The notes beneath the pieces are model-generated. The model was not told where the DNA came from and did no database searches. It saw only the letters and a list, made by a program, of their open reading frames with translations. This document shows, in pieces, positions 11,158 to 20,753 of a stretch of 64,000 nt of DNA. This DNA is from Deferrisomatales bacterium. GTDB lineage: Bacteria; Desulfobacterota; Deferrisomatia; Deferrisomatales; JACRMM01. Numbering within the stretch: the stretch's first letter is position 1; each line of letters opens with the position of its first letter. Position numbers and translations under genes: made by a program. The DNA is taken from positions 64,001-128,000 of the forward strand of contig JAWSUI010000003.1 in the NCBI GenBank assembly GCA_033551855.1. The letters are read 5' to 3'.

Positions 11158-11952
11158 CTAACCCTCCTGCGACACCTCGTACCCCAGTCGGGAGGAGAGC
11201 TTGCGGCCCGCCTCCAACGCCAGGGGGGCGAGCTCGGTCTCGATCCGGTCTTCGGTGAACCGGTAGGCCGGGCCCGAGATCGACAGGCCCGCCACCACGC
11301 GGCGCGTGTAGTCCCGAACCGGAACGCCCACGCACCGGATGCCCTCGTCGTATTCCTCGTCGTCCAGGGCAAAACCCGTCTGGCGTATCCGCTCGAGCTG
11401 CTGCAACAACTGGGCTCTGTCGCTGATGGTGTGCTGGGTGTACCTCTTCATGGGGCTGTCGCTCAGAATCCGGTCCACCTCGTCGAGGGATTCGAAGGCG
11501 ATCTGGGCCTTGCCCACTGCCGAGCAGTACACGGGCAGCCCGACACCGACTCGCGAAATGACCCGGACGGGCCGAGTGGCCTCCACTACGTCCACGTATA
11601 CCACCCGGTCGTCCCGAAGGACGCCCAGGTAGGACGTCTCGTTGCACCGTTCGACGATCTCCTCGAGAATGGGGCGCGCCATCTTCAACAACCCCATGTG
11701 CTTGATGAAGACCTGCCCCAACTCCAAGACCTTCAATCCCAGCCGATAGTTGCCGGTAACCTTGTTCTGCTCCATGTAGCCGCGGCTCTCGAGGGTAGCG
11801 AGAAGCCGGAACACATTATTCTTGTGAAGCCCCAGTCGTTTGGAGAGCTCCGTCACCCCGAGCTCCGTGTCCTCGCCCCGAAATTCCTCGAGGAGATCCA
11901 GGCCGTTGGTTACCGACTGGATGATGTAGCTGGATTTCTTTCTCTTGCCCAC
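11158..11952 (-). CDS. IclR-family transcriptional regulator
   Basis: IQSVTNGLDLLE, GVTELS..LGLHKNNVFRLLATLE HTH, P.YCSAVGKA, GFALDDEEY..G..CVGVP, SISGP; GTG start inferred. Confidence 0.93.
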   Translation of the reverse strand: MGKRKKSSYIIQSVTNGLDLLEEFRGEDTELGVTELSKRLGLHKNNVFRLLATLESRGYMEQNKVTGNYRLGLKVLELGQVFIKHMGLLKMARPILEEIVERCNETSYLGVLRDDRVVYVDVVEATRPVRVISRVGVGLPVYCSAVGKAQIAFESLDEVDRILSDSPMKRYTQHTISDRAQLLQQLERIRQTGFALDDEEYDEGIRCVGVPVRDYTRRVVAGLSISGPAYRFTEDRIETELAPLALEAGRKLSSRLGYEVSQEG

Positions 11953-12016
11953 AGCCCACCTGCCTAACTGCCGGCGCCTTCGGCGCCGGTCGTCTACAAG
12001 ATCTGAAGGACCGCGG

Positions 12017-12045
12017 AATCTAGCAACGGCCCCTCTGCCTGTCAA
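12017..12045 (-). promoter_or_regulatory. Proximal sigma70-type promoter of iclR
   Basis: TTGACA-17 nt-TAGATT with TG extension. Confidence 0.65.
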
Positions 12046-12252
12046 GGGCCCACTCTTCCCAAGTCTCTCGGGGGCCTTGCAAACGAGGCCCGGAGGCACC
12101 TTCGCCTCACCCCACAACTTGCAACACCCCGGGGGGGGGCAGACTCCGGGCCCCCCGGGCTTCGGGCCACACCGCCTTCCCCGCCGGCGCCCGCCGGTTC
12201 GCTCGAGACCCCGCAGGGCTGTGCCCCGGTTGCGCCGTGAGCACGCGCCGCA

Positions 12253-12281
12253 ACCATAAAATGGTGTTCTATTCCTGTCAA
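12253..12281 (-). promoter_or_regulatory. Distal sigma70-type promoter of iclR containing a palindromic operator
   Basis: TTGACA-17 nt-TATGGT; overlaps ATAAAAT-GGT-GTTCTAT (12256-12272). Confidence 0.65.
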
Positions 12282-12285
12282 GGGG

Positions 12286-12318
12286 AAACGAACGGGGGAA
12301 GGCGGCTGCCTTCCCCCG
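12286..12318 (-). terminator. Terminator of the acs operon
   Basis: 11-bp perfect stem CGGGGGAAGGC/GCCTTCCCCCG 14 nt after acsE stop, tail TTCGTTT. Confidence 0.6.
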
Positions 12319-12331
12319 CGAGGTCCCGGGC

Positions 12332-13213
12332 TCAGTCCTGGAGCCAGGAGTGGGAATAGAGGACGTCGCCGTTGAGGACCTTGAAGGTCCTGTAGAGCAC
12401 CTTCTCGGCGTCCGTGGTCGGGGCGGGGTCCTGCCCGTCCATCAGCTTTGCCACGTAGTCGACCTCAGCCTGCCGTTTGCCTTGGCAAAGGTCCATCATG
12501 TCCTTGTCGTACGCGTCGACGATCGCGGACTCCTGCCCCAGGTTGTACAGCATCATGAGGTACACGCCGTTGAGGATCGGCCGGAGGTCGTTCGGCGCGC
12601 CGTTGGAGACGTTGGACAGCCCGCAGGTGTTTGTCGCCCCGGGGACGATGTCCTTCACCATCGGCAGGAACTCCATGTACGCCTTCACCTGGTTGATGTC
12701 CACCGAGACCGGCAGGACGATGGGGTCCACCCAGTACCGGGCGTGCTCGATCCCGAGGTCGTCGCCCATCGCCATGATGGTCGAAAGAGCCACGGCGCGC
12801 TCGCTGGCATCCCGCGGGATGCCCTCCTCGCTCATGGTCAGCGCCACGAAGTCGGCGTCGTACTTCTTCACCAGCGGCAGCCGCTCCTGCATGCTCTGGG
12901 GCTGAGCCGAGATGGAGTTGACCAGGGCCCGCTCGTTGCACACCTTCAGGCCCGCCTCCACCGCCAGGGTGTTGGTGGTGTCCAGGGCCAGGCGCACGTC
13001 CTTCTTGACCTCTTGGACGGTCTTGACGAGCCACTCCATGACCTCGTCCCCGGCCTTGCGGGCCGGCCCGAGGTTCAGGTCCAGCATGTCGGAGCCCCTC
13101 TCGAGCTCCTCCTGCGCCATCTGCTGGATCGGCCCCTTGTCCTTCTCCCGGATCGCAGGCCCGATCGTCTTGGACATGATGTTGATGCTCTCGGCGATTG
13201 TGTAGATCTTCAT
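12332..13213 (-). CDS. acsE: Methyltetrahydrofolate:corrinoid Fe-S protein methyltransferase
   Basis: Pterin-binding (DHPS-like) barrel: IAESINI, LDLNLGP, LALDTTN, LVNSIS, VDPIVLP, GLSNVSNG; last gene of acs cluster. Confidence 0.92.
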   Translation of the reverse strand: MKIYTIAESINIMSKTIGPAIREKDKGPIQQMAQEELERGSDMLDLNLGPARKAGDEVMEWLVKTVQEVKKDVRLALDTTNTLAVEAGLKVCNERALVNSISAQPQSMQERLPLVKKYDADFVALTMSEEGIPRDASERAVALSTIMAMGDDLGIEHARYWVDPIVLPVSVDINQVKAYMEFLPMVKDIVPGATNTCGLSNVSNGAPNDLRPILNGVYLMMLYNLGQESAIVDAYDKDMMDLCQGKRQAEVDYVAKLMDGQDPAPTTDAEKVLYRTFKVLNGDVLYSHSWLQD

Positions 13214-13315
13214 TCTGCGCGTCCTCCTGAGGCAAAAAGGGTCACGGGCCCTGCAACGCCATCGGCGAAGGCCGGGGGGGGAGAGGCCGCCGCGGCCTCT
13301 CCCCCCTTACCCGGC

Positions 13316-14674
13316 CTATCCGGCCTTGGCAGCGTAGTCCTTGAGGAACTTCGGAAGATCCGCCGCCTCCCGGGGTCCGATGATCACGTCCCACCCCTCG
13401 CCGAGCTCCTCCTGGAACTCGCCGGAGAGCTGGGCCACGTAGCCCGGAATGATGATCTTCTTGTGCCCCACCTTCTCTGTGATGTCGGTCTTCTTCACGA
13501 AGGGGGCCATGGCGTCCGCGACGAACTTGCCCGCCGACCACGCGGTGAGCACGCTCATCCCCTCGGTGTCCATGATCAGCAGCCAGGTGGGCACCCGGCT
13601 GGCCTCGACCTCGGCGCTCACCACGAAGTACGTCAGCGCAAAGTTCGTGGTGATGATCACCGGGCTGGTCGGGCCGGGGTTGTTGATCTCGTAGATCCCC
13701 TGATCCATGGTCATGGGCCGCTGCGGGTCCGTGTAGATGTTCAGCCGGTTGACCAGGAGGGGCAGGCTGACCGCCGGGTCGAGGCTGCCGAGAACCACCA
13801 CGCCGGCGTACTTGTCCATCAGGACCGTGGCGTAAGCGGCCTGGAGCTCCTTGTGGTCGGTCATGGCGCAGGGGAAGGCGATGGTCGGAAAGCCCAGGGC
13901 CCGGAACTTCTTGTCCAGGGCGGCCCGCCGGATTGCGATGTTGGCGGTGACGGTCTCCCGGAGGCCCTTCCAGCCGGTGTCGAGCAGGACCTCCTTCAGG
14001 CCCGCGGCGACGAACTTCTCTCCCACCGCAGCCAGGTCGTCAAGGGTGTCCCCCTTCGCAACCACGGCGCAGCCGAACTCCTTCGCCATCTGCACGAAGG
14101 AGTCGACGGTCTCTGCGGTGGCCGCGTGCAGCGCGAACTTCTTGCCCTTGATCGCCTCCGCCGCCGCCTTCAGGGTATCGACGCTCTCGGAGGAGAGGAT
14201 CAGCCCCTTCTCCGTGGCGCCGGCCACCTTCTTCGCCAGCTCGACGAAGGAGCCCTGGTCCTTCTTCTCGTCCCACAGGAAGGCGAAATTGGGCTTCAGG
14301 GTGAGACCCACCCGCTCGAAACCGATCCCGTTGAGGAGCTTCACCTCGGCATCGACGACCGCCGGGTCGGTGCTGTTGGTGAGCGCCACGGCGAGGCCGG
14401 TGGGATTCACGAAGGTCTTCTCGTGGCGGTACTTCACGGTCTCGCCCCCCACCTTGTGGGCGTCGGCGCCCTGGCCGAGCTCCACCACCCGGATCGGGGG
14501 GGCGCTCGCCTCGGAGAGCTTCGCCTGGGCCTCCTCCGAGACGTAGGGACACTTGGAGAGCTCTGCCTTGCCCGCGGCCAGCTTCATCGCGAAGGCGAGG
14601 CACGTGGGCTCACCGCAGTCCTTGCAGTTGGTCTGCGGGAGCAGTTTGTAGATCTGAATGCCGGTCAGTCCCAT
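13316..14674 (-). CDS. acsC: Corrinoid iron-sulfur protein large (gamma) subunit
   Basis: LTGIQIYKLLPQTNCKDCGEPTCLAFAMKL..CPY 4Fe-4S motif; NIYTDPQRP, TTNFALTY, SVLTAWSAGKF. Confidence 0.96.
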   Translation of the reverse strand: MGLTGIQIYKLLPQTNCKDCGEPTCLAFAMKLAAGKAELSKCPYVSEEAQAKLSEASAPPIRVVELGQGADAHKVGGETVKYRHEKTFVNPTGLAVALTNSTDPAVVDAEVKLLNGIGFERVGLTLKPNFAFLWDEKKDQGSFVELAKKVAGATEKGLILSSESVDTLKAAAEAIKGKKFALHAATAETVDSFVQMAKEFGCAVVAKGDTLDDLAAVGEKFVAAGLKEVLLDTGWKGLRETVTANIAIRRAALDKKFRALGFPTIAFPCAMTDHKELQAAYATVLMDKYAGVVVLGSLDPAVSLPLLVNRLNIYTDPQRPMTMDQGIYEINNPGPTSPVIITTNFALTYFVVSAEVEASRVPTWLLIMDTEGMSVLTAWSAGKFVADAMAPFVKKTDITEKVGHKKIIIPGYVAQLSGEFQEELGEGWDVIIGPREAADLPKFLKDYAAKAG

Positions 14675-14773
14675 GGGCCGAATCTCCTTTCGTCAGCAAA
14701 CGCGCAGTTCGCAGCGTCTCGATCGATCCCCGCAGCTGCCCCCGGGGAGGGAAACCCCTCCCCGGGGAACGGC

Positions 14774-16978
14774 CTACATCATGGGGTCCATCTCCAGGGC
14801 CGGGTGCCCCACCTTCTGCATGAACTCCAGCACCTCTTCCTCGGTGGTGGCGTTCTCTTCCGTGGCGATCTTGTCGTAGAGATCGGCGCACCCTTCCTCC
14901 GCACCCCGCTTCTCGAGGACCTCCTTCAGCGACTCCTTGAGCGCCTTGGGAAGCCAGGCGATGCGCTTGATCCCGCCGTCGGCGCTGATGAACTTCTTCG
15001 AGCCGATGTAGAACTTGGACATCCCCACGAAGCCCGGCGTCTGGGCCCCGCCGCCCACCGAGCCCGCCAGCGTCGAGAAGGGCATGCCGCAGGGGGTCGC
15101 CCCCGCATAGTCCCGGTCCACGACCATGACCGCGTTGGACATGGGCAGCAGCACCGTGATGGCCTCGAAGCACCCGCAGGAGGTCATGGGGTCCACCATC
15201 AGGGAGTACGCGCTGAAGGAGGCGATCGCGTCGTGGGAGTTCTTCAGCACGAACTCGTTGACGCCTTTCCACTGCCCGAGGTTGTCGTCGAGGGTGTCGC
15301 CCTTCTTGATGGGCTGGTTCGGGCCGGTGGGGGTGATCTCGAAGGCGGCCTTGCCGTCGAGCCAGTTGTACGCGCCGCACAGGCCGGGCCGCTCGGGGCT
15401 GATCACGCACACGTGGTCCGGCGCGAAGGACTGGCAGAGCGTGCAGCTGTAGAAGGTGTCGACGCTCTCGTCGGTCATGGAGCCGAGGCGCTCCTCGCGC
15501 TCCTTGTACACCGCCCTGGCCTCCGACATGAGCTCTTTGACCTTGGCCGGGTCCGTGTAGACCGTCACCTGGACCTTGTCGAGGATCTTTCCGAACTCGT
15601 TGTGGAACTTCGCGTGCAGGATCGTTCCGAAGTGCTTCAGGCTGAAGCCGGCGGCAAAGGCCTTCTTCGAGATCCGAAGCCACACGATGTCGCGCTGGCC
15701 GATGTGGAGCACACCCTCCGCGCCGTTCAGGAGGTGGTGGATCTGACGCTCGAGGATCGGCTCGAAGTCGGGCTGCATGCTGCGGCCCGCCACATCGACC
15801 CAGATGGCAAGGGGGTAGGTCTTGCCCTCCTCCATGTCCTTCAAGTCCGGGCCCACCACCGCGAACTTCCCGTCCTCGACCTCGTCCAGCGGCTTCATCT
15901 GGCAGAACTCGAAACCCTCGGACTTGGGTCCGGCGAGCTCCACGTGCATCTGGTCCCTCGCGATCCGCTCGCCTTCGAAGGCCGGGGAGTGGGAGACCGG
16001 GATGTCGATCTTCGAGATGTGGATCTTCAGGCCGCGCACCTCGATGGCCTTGGCCACGATCTGGTCGTGGGGGATGCTCGACACCACGTGCTCGTAGGTG
16101 CACACCCCCGTGACGAGGATCTCGGGGATGCCGGAGTCGGCGATGGTCGGGAAGCCGTAGTTGATGGCCCCCGCGGCGGCCGCGTACCACTCGTCGCTGA
16201 CCTCGCCCAGGGCGAGCACGAAGGCGAAGACCCGCAGCTTGTTGTACCGCAGGATCCCCGCATAGTCGCCCGGCTGGATGCCGCCGAAGGCCATGGCGGC
16301 CCGAGTGGCGAAGCCCACGGCGTGGATCGCCGCCGAGGTGTCGCGGCCGAAGGGGACGAGCCGGGTCGGCCACCCGACCTGCACGCCCTCCTCCACGAGC
16401 TGCTCGGCGAAGGTCTTGCCGTTGTACTCGGAGGCCATGAAGACGTAGATGCCCTTCTCCTGCAGCTCCTTGGCGATCTTTGCCGCCGTGGCGCTGTCCG
16501 GGGCCGAGCCCACCACCGCGGCGAAGCCGGGCGCCGAGCCGTCCACGAACTCCACGCCGCGCTTGCGCATGATGACGTCGTCGGCAGCCCCCAGCCAGAT
16601 GTTGTCGGGGCTCGGGTCCTCGCCCAGGGTGTAGGGGACCGGCTCCTGCAGGTACTTGAGGGCCTCCTCCATGTCGTAGCAGAAGAGGGTCTGCATGCCG
16701 GCGTCGAGGCCGTGGCCCAGGTAGGGCACCCACAGGTTCTCGGAAACCTGAGGGGGCAGGAGGCTCTTGCACTTGTCGAGCACCGGCAGCATGTCGCCGA
16801 GCTTCTCGACCTTGTGGCCCAGGATGCCGTAGATGACCGGCAGGAAGTAGCCGGTGTTGGGGAGCTTGACCTCCTTGTCGGCCCCGTGCTTGGCGATGGC
16901 GTCGGTGACCTTCTTCTCCACGCGGGCGTAGATCTGGTGCGCCCCGCGGATGACTCCGGAAAGGATGATCTTGGACAT
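14774..16978 (-). CDS. acsB: Acetyl-CoA synthase (CODH/ACS A-cluster subunit)
   Basis: PNTGYFLP, FYSCTLCQSFAPDHVC..PERPGLCGA, PMTSCGCFEAI, GGGAQTPGF. Confidence 0.96.
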   Translation of the reverse strand: MSKIILSGVIRGAHQIYARVEKKVTDAIAKHGADKEVKLPNTGYFLPVIYGILGHKVEKLGDMLPVLDKCKSLLPPQVSENLWVPYLGHGLDAGMQTLFCYDMEEALKYLQEPVPYTLGEDPSPDNIWLGAADDVIMRKRGVEFVDGSAPGFAAVVGSAPDSATAAKIAKELQEKGIYVFMASEYNGKTFAEQLVEEGVQVGWPTRLVPFGRDTSAAIHAVGFATRAAMAFGGIQPGDYAGILRYNKLRVFAFVLALGEVSDEWYAAAAGAINYGFPTIADSGIPEILVTGVCTYEHVVSSIPHDQIVAKAIEVRGLKIHISKIDIPVSHSPAFEGERIARDQMHVELAGPKSEGFEFCQMKPLDEVEDGKFAVVGPDLKDMEEGKTYPLAIWVDVAGRSMQPDFEPILERQIHHLLNGAEGVLHIGQRDIVWLRISKKAFAAGFSLKHFGTILHAKFHNEFGKILDKVQVTVYTDPAKVKELMSEARAVYKEREERLGSMTDESVDTFYSCTLCQSFAPDHVCVISPERPGLCGAYNWLDGKAAFEITPTGPNQPIKKGDTLDDNLGQWKGVNEFVLKNSHDAIASFSAYSLMVDPMTSCGCFEAITVLLPMSNAVMVVDRDYAGATPCGMPFSTLAGSVGGGAQTPGFVGMSKFYIGSKKFISADGGIKRIAWLPKALKESLKEVLEKRGAEEGCADLYDKIATEENATTEEEVLEFMQKVGHPALEMDPMM

Positions 16979-16996
16979 TCTCGTGCCTCCCTATCC

Positions 16997-18946
16997 TTAG
17001 ACCTTGAGCTCGCGGCGGGCTTCCATGTCGAAGAGCTTGCGCTCTTGCTTCTCGTGGATTCCAAGCGCCTCGCGCTTCGCGTTGATGTGGTCGATCATCA
17101 GCTTCGCCATCTTGTAGGGGTCGGGCTCCACGGCCCACTTGCCCCCGAGGTCGTTCTCCAGCCCGCCGAAGAGGTAGTCGGCAAACTTGGTACCCGGCAC
17201 GTGGGGCAGGGTCACCCCGAAGACCGTGAAGACACCGCTCGCCACGAAGTAATGGCCGATGGCGATGGCCTTCTCGCTCATGTACTCGGGCGCGGCGCCC
17301 GCGATGGGCAGGTCGCTGATGTCGTCGCCCAGCCCGCCGGTCCTCACCATCTCCGAGACCGCGACCAGGATGCGGCTGTTATCCACGCAGGCGCCGCAGT
17401 GGAGCACCGGCGGCATGCCCACCGCCTCACACACCTCCCGGAGGCCCGGTCCGCAGTACTTGGCGGCCGCCTCGGGCTGCATGAAGCCCTGCTTGGCCAT
17501 GGCGATGGCCGAGCAACCCGTCTGCACCACCAGCACGTCGTTCTTCAGCAGCTCCTTCACGAGCTCGATGTGCACCCAGTCGTGCTTGACCCGGGGGTTG
17601 TTGCACCCCACCACGCCGGCCACGCCGCGGATGCGCCCGTTGATGATGTTTTCGTTCAAGGGCGTGTAGCTCGAGCGGAAGCTGCCGCCCAGCATGTAGT
17701 TGATGGTCTCGTGGGAGAACCCGCCGACCATCGCCGTCTTGCGGTCCGGGATCTGGACCTTCTTGCGGTTCTTGAAGTTGTTGACGCCCTCCATCATGAG
17801 CTTCACGCCGGCTTCCCGCGCGCCGTGGTCGCCGTGGAACTCGATGTGCTGGGCGCCCTCGATCTTGCACCGATAGTTCGTGGTGAGGAACTTGGTGTGG
17901 TAGCACTTGGCGAGGTCCGAAAGGCCCTGCTGGATGCACTGCACGTCCACCATCATCGCGTCCACGGCGCCGGTGATGATCGCCGAGTCGCACTGCATGA
18001 AGTTTCCGGCGTGGGGGACGCCCCGGCGCACGAGCTGCTCGTTGCCCGAGCAGCACATCCCCACCAGGTTGATCCCCTCGGCGCCCACGGCCTTGGCCTT
18101 GGCCACGAGCTCCGGGTCGTCGGCGAGGCGCACCATCATGTCCAGGAGCTGGGGCTCGTGGCCGTGGACGATGACGTTGACCTCCTTCTCCTTGAGCACC
18201 CCGATGTCGATCTCGGCCCGCACCGGCCGCGGTGTGCCGAACATGATGTCGGAGAGCTCCGTGGAGATCATCGCCCCGCCCCAGCCGTCCGCCAGGGCGC
18301 AGCGCGCCGCGCCGAGCACGAGGTTCCGGTAGTCCTGGTCGACACCCATGTGGGTGCGGTGCATCATCTCCACGACCTCGCGATCCACACCGCGAGAGAG
18401 CACCCCGAGCTCCTTCCACTTCTCGAAGCGCTTCTTCGGCGCCCGCTCGAAGAGCTTCAAGTGCCCGTGCTGCTGGCTGAACTGCCCGAGGCATGCCTCG
18501 GCGAGCTCGATGGCCACGTCCTTCTGCTCCCGGCCCTCGGTCGGCACGCCCATGTGCTTGGCGAACTCCACCAGCTTGCCCGGCTCCTTGATCTCGAAGT
18601 CCGGGTTCTCGCCCTTGGCCACGGTGAGGAAGAGCTCGCTCATCTCCCGGCCGTGGTCGGAGTGGGCCGCTGTGCCGGCGGCCACGGCTCGGGCGAACCC
18701 GCGGGCCTGGAAGGTGTCGATATTGGCGCCGCACACGCCGACTTTCTCATACGGTGCCTTGCTCGACAGGCGGCAGGGCCCCATGTAGCAGTGCTTGCAG
18801 CAGGCGTTCTGGGCCCCGATCGGGCAGGGGCTGATCTCGTCGGCCCGGTCGAAGGCGGTCTTCACCCCCTCCTCCCGCGCCTTGGTGAGCATCTGCGCCG
18901 TAGACTCGCAGACGGTGATGTCCTGGATCTCGCGAAGCTTCGCCAT
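16997..18946 (-). CDS. cooS: Anaerobic Ni-Fe carbon monoxide dehydrogenase catalytic subunit (CooS/AcsA)
   Basis: D/B-cluster CPIG..CCKHCYMGPC..VCG; C-cluster ligands HGHEP, GMCCSG, DVQC, VGCNN, TGCS, GACVDN all present. Confidence 0.96.
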   Translation of the reverse strand: MAKLREIQDITVCESTAQMLTKAREEGVKTAFDRADEISPCPIGAQNACCKHCYMGPCRLSSKAPYEKVGVCGANIDTFQARGFARAVAAGTAAHSDHGREMSELFLTVAKGENPDFEIKEPGKLVEFAKHMGVPTEGREQKDVAIELAEACLGQFSQQHGHLKLFERAPKKRFEKWKELGVLSRGVDREVVEMMHRTHMGVDQDYRNLVLGAARCALADGWGGAMISTELSDIMFGTPRPVRAEIDIGVLKEKEVNVIVHGHEPQLLDMMVRLADDPELVAKAKAVGAEGINLVGMCCSGNEQLVRRGVPHAGNFMQCDSAIITGAVDAMMVDVQCIQQGLSDLAKCYHTKFLTTNYRCKIEGAQHIEFHGDHGAREAGVKLMMEGVNNFKNRKKVQIPDRKTAMVGGFSHETINYMLGGSFRSSYTPLNENIINGRIRGVAGVVGCNNPRVKHDWVHIELVKELLKNDVLVVQTGCSAIAMAKQGFMQPEAAAKYCGPGLREVCEAVGMPPVLHCGACVDNSRILVAVSEMVRTGGLGDDISDLPIAGAAPEYMSEKAIAIGHYFVASGVFTVFGVTLPHVPGTKFADYLFGGLENDLGGKWAVEPDPYKMAKLMIDHINAKREALGIHEKQERKLFDMEARRELKV

Positions 18947-18982
18947 GGTGTGTTTCCTCCCTCAGTAGTGTTCGCGACGGCC

Positions 18983-19933
18983 TCAGGCCATCACGTCGTC
19001 GATCACCTTCTTCAGGGCCCGAACCGACTCCGGGTGGCGCAGAATCAGGATGTCCGCCCCCGCCGTGAGTAGGTCTGTCGCCGTCACCGTCTCCCAGAGG
19101 ACGCCCCGGGTCTTCACGTCCCCGAAGCTCGGCTCCTCGGCCTCGGGGATGCCGGCCTCCTTGGTCTTCCAGCAGTACTTGCCGATGTCGCAGATCAGGG
19201 GGGACTGCATCTTCTCGTCCCCTTGCTTGAGGCCGGTGAGCCGATCACGCTCCATGACCGAGTAGCTGTACTCGATGCCGTACCCCAGGGCGCCGGTGGA
19301 GGGGTCCATGAGGATCTTGTCCATGGGCACGCCCAGGTTGTTGAGCAGGATGTTGAGCTGCTTGGCCATGTTGACGTCGATGGGGGTCTGAGCCACGACC
19401 GTGTGTCCGTAGCCGATGGCGGCGCCGCCGATCTTCTTGTAGTTCTCTTCCACCGCCGGGCCGATCACCAGGTTCATGCCCTCGCACACCTCGGCCACCT
19501 TGGCCAGGGTCTCCGCATCCTTCTCGCCGTTCTCGCAGCCCCACACGATCAGCGGCACCGGGATGGCCTCCGCCACTTTCTTCGCCAGGGCGGCGGCTTC
19601 CGCGGCGCTCGTGTTGAGGCCGTTGGGGTCGGTGCTGGCGAGCTGCAGGCAGATGAGATCTGCCCCATACTCGTTGAGACACTTCAGGGCCCAAGCCACG
19701 GGGTCGCCGAGGACGTCCGCGAACGGCGCCTTGGCGTTCTCGGCCCAGGTCTCGGTGACCGCGGCCTTGTCGTAAACCTCCATCGCCACGAGGGGGCGGT
19801 TGGGGAACTGACCCTCGAAGTTGCACAGGGGCATGGCGTTCTGGCCTCCGACCTTCTTGGCCTTCGCGCCCGCGCCGAGGGCAACCTCGACGATCTTTCC
19901 GGCGTAGGAGTCTTTCGGGAACTCAAATGCCAT
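18983..19933 (-). CDS. acsD: Corrinoid iron-sulfur protein small (delta) subunit
   Basis: DPVAWA, STDPNG, TPIDVNMAKQLN, MDPSTGALGYGIEYSYSVMER, ILRHP. Confidence 0.95.
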   Translation of the reverse strand: MAFEFPKDSYAGKIVEVALGAGAKAKKVGGQNAMPLCNFEGQFPNRPLVAMEVYDKAAVTETWAENAKAPFADVLGDPVAWALKCLNEYGADLICLQLASTDPNGLNTSAAEAAALAKKVAEAIPVPLIVWGCENGEKDAETLAKVAEVCEGMNLVIGPAVEENYKKIGGAAIGYGHTVVAQTPIDVNMAKQLNILLNNLGVPMDKILMDPSTGALGYGIEYSYSVMERDRLTGLKQGDEKMQSPLICDIGKYCWKTKEAGIPEAEEPSFGDVKTRGVLWETVTATDLLTAGADILILRHPESVRALKKVIDDVMA

Positions 19934-19992
19934 GGTTCACGCTCCTTTCGTCCCTCGGCACGCGGCCTCGGACAGGTGTGATGTGCGGGCCG

Positions 19993-20751
19993 TCAGGCCT
20001 GCTCCTCCCTCGGTACGTAACGCTCCAAAATCTCAACCACGGCCCGGTAGGCCGCGGACTCCTCGGGGAGTTGGAAGGTAGGCCTGCCCTCGAGGTCGAA
20101 GGCGGTCACGTTCGGATCGGCCGGCACCACCCCCGCCAACTCCAGGCCCAGACGCTCGATCTCCCGGCGGGTGGGCTCCTCCAGCCCGCCGCTCACCCGG
20201 TTCACGATCACGGCAAGGCGGCCGATGTCGAGTTTGAGCTCCCCTACCAGGTCTCGAATCCTCCCGGCCGCCTGGATGCCCCGCACGGAGGAGTCCGTGA
20301 CGGCGAGCACGAGATCCATGTTGTGGGTGGTGCGCCGGGAGAGGTGCTCCATTCCCGCTTCGTTGTCCAGGACGACGTAGGCGTAGTTGTCCGCCATCTC
20401 GTCCACGTACTTCTTGCACAGGGTGTTCGCGTAGCAGTAGCAGCCCGGCCCCTCCGGGCGCCCCATCACGACCAGGTCGAAGCCGTCGGCCTCGATCAGA
20501 CACTCCTGGGTGCGGTAGTTGATGTAGGCGTCCTTCGTCATGCCCTGGGGTACGCTGCCCAGATTCTCCCGGATCTGGCCGATCGTCTGGTGGACCGAGA
20601 GGCCCAGCACCTCGTTCAGGTTCATGTTGGCGTCGGCGTCCACGGCCAGGACCCGCCCCTGCCCCCGCGTCACGAGGTGACGGAGGATGAGTCCGGCCAC
20701 GGTGGTCTTGCCCGTTCCCCCCTTGCCCGCCACGGCGATGTGGAACCCCAT
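19993..20751 (-). CDS. cooC: CODH/ACS nickel-insertion ATPase CooC/AcsF
   Basis: AGKGGTGKTT, VDADANMNL, GRPEGPGCYCYAN, DNEAGMEHLSR. Confidence 0.94.
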   Translation of the reverse strand: MGFHIAVAGKGGTGKTTVAGLILRHLVTRGQGRVLAVDADANMNLNEVLGLSVHQTIGQIRENLGSVPQGMTKDAYINYRTQECLIEADGFDLVVMGRPEGPGCYCYANTLCKKYVDEMADNYAYVVLDNEAGMEHLSRRTTHNMDLVLAVTDSSVRGIQAAGRIRDLVGELKLDIGRLAVIVNRVSGGLEEPTRREIERLGLELAGVVPADPNVTAFDLEGRPTFQLPEESAAYRAVVEILERYVPREEQA

Positions 20752-20753
20752 TC

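Noticed and set aside
12131..12139. G9 homopolymer as a phase-variation tract
   Set aside because: Non-coding, not in a promoter spacer, and unremarkable in a GC-rich genome
12350..19072. 2240-aa plus-strand ORF and other long antisense ORFs (e.g. 5121-7598, 7501-9969, 22383-24599, 37048-39387, 48064-50217)
   Set aside because: Shadow frames of genuine genes; strong GC3 bias removes stops on the opposite strand and the translations show no family motifs
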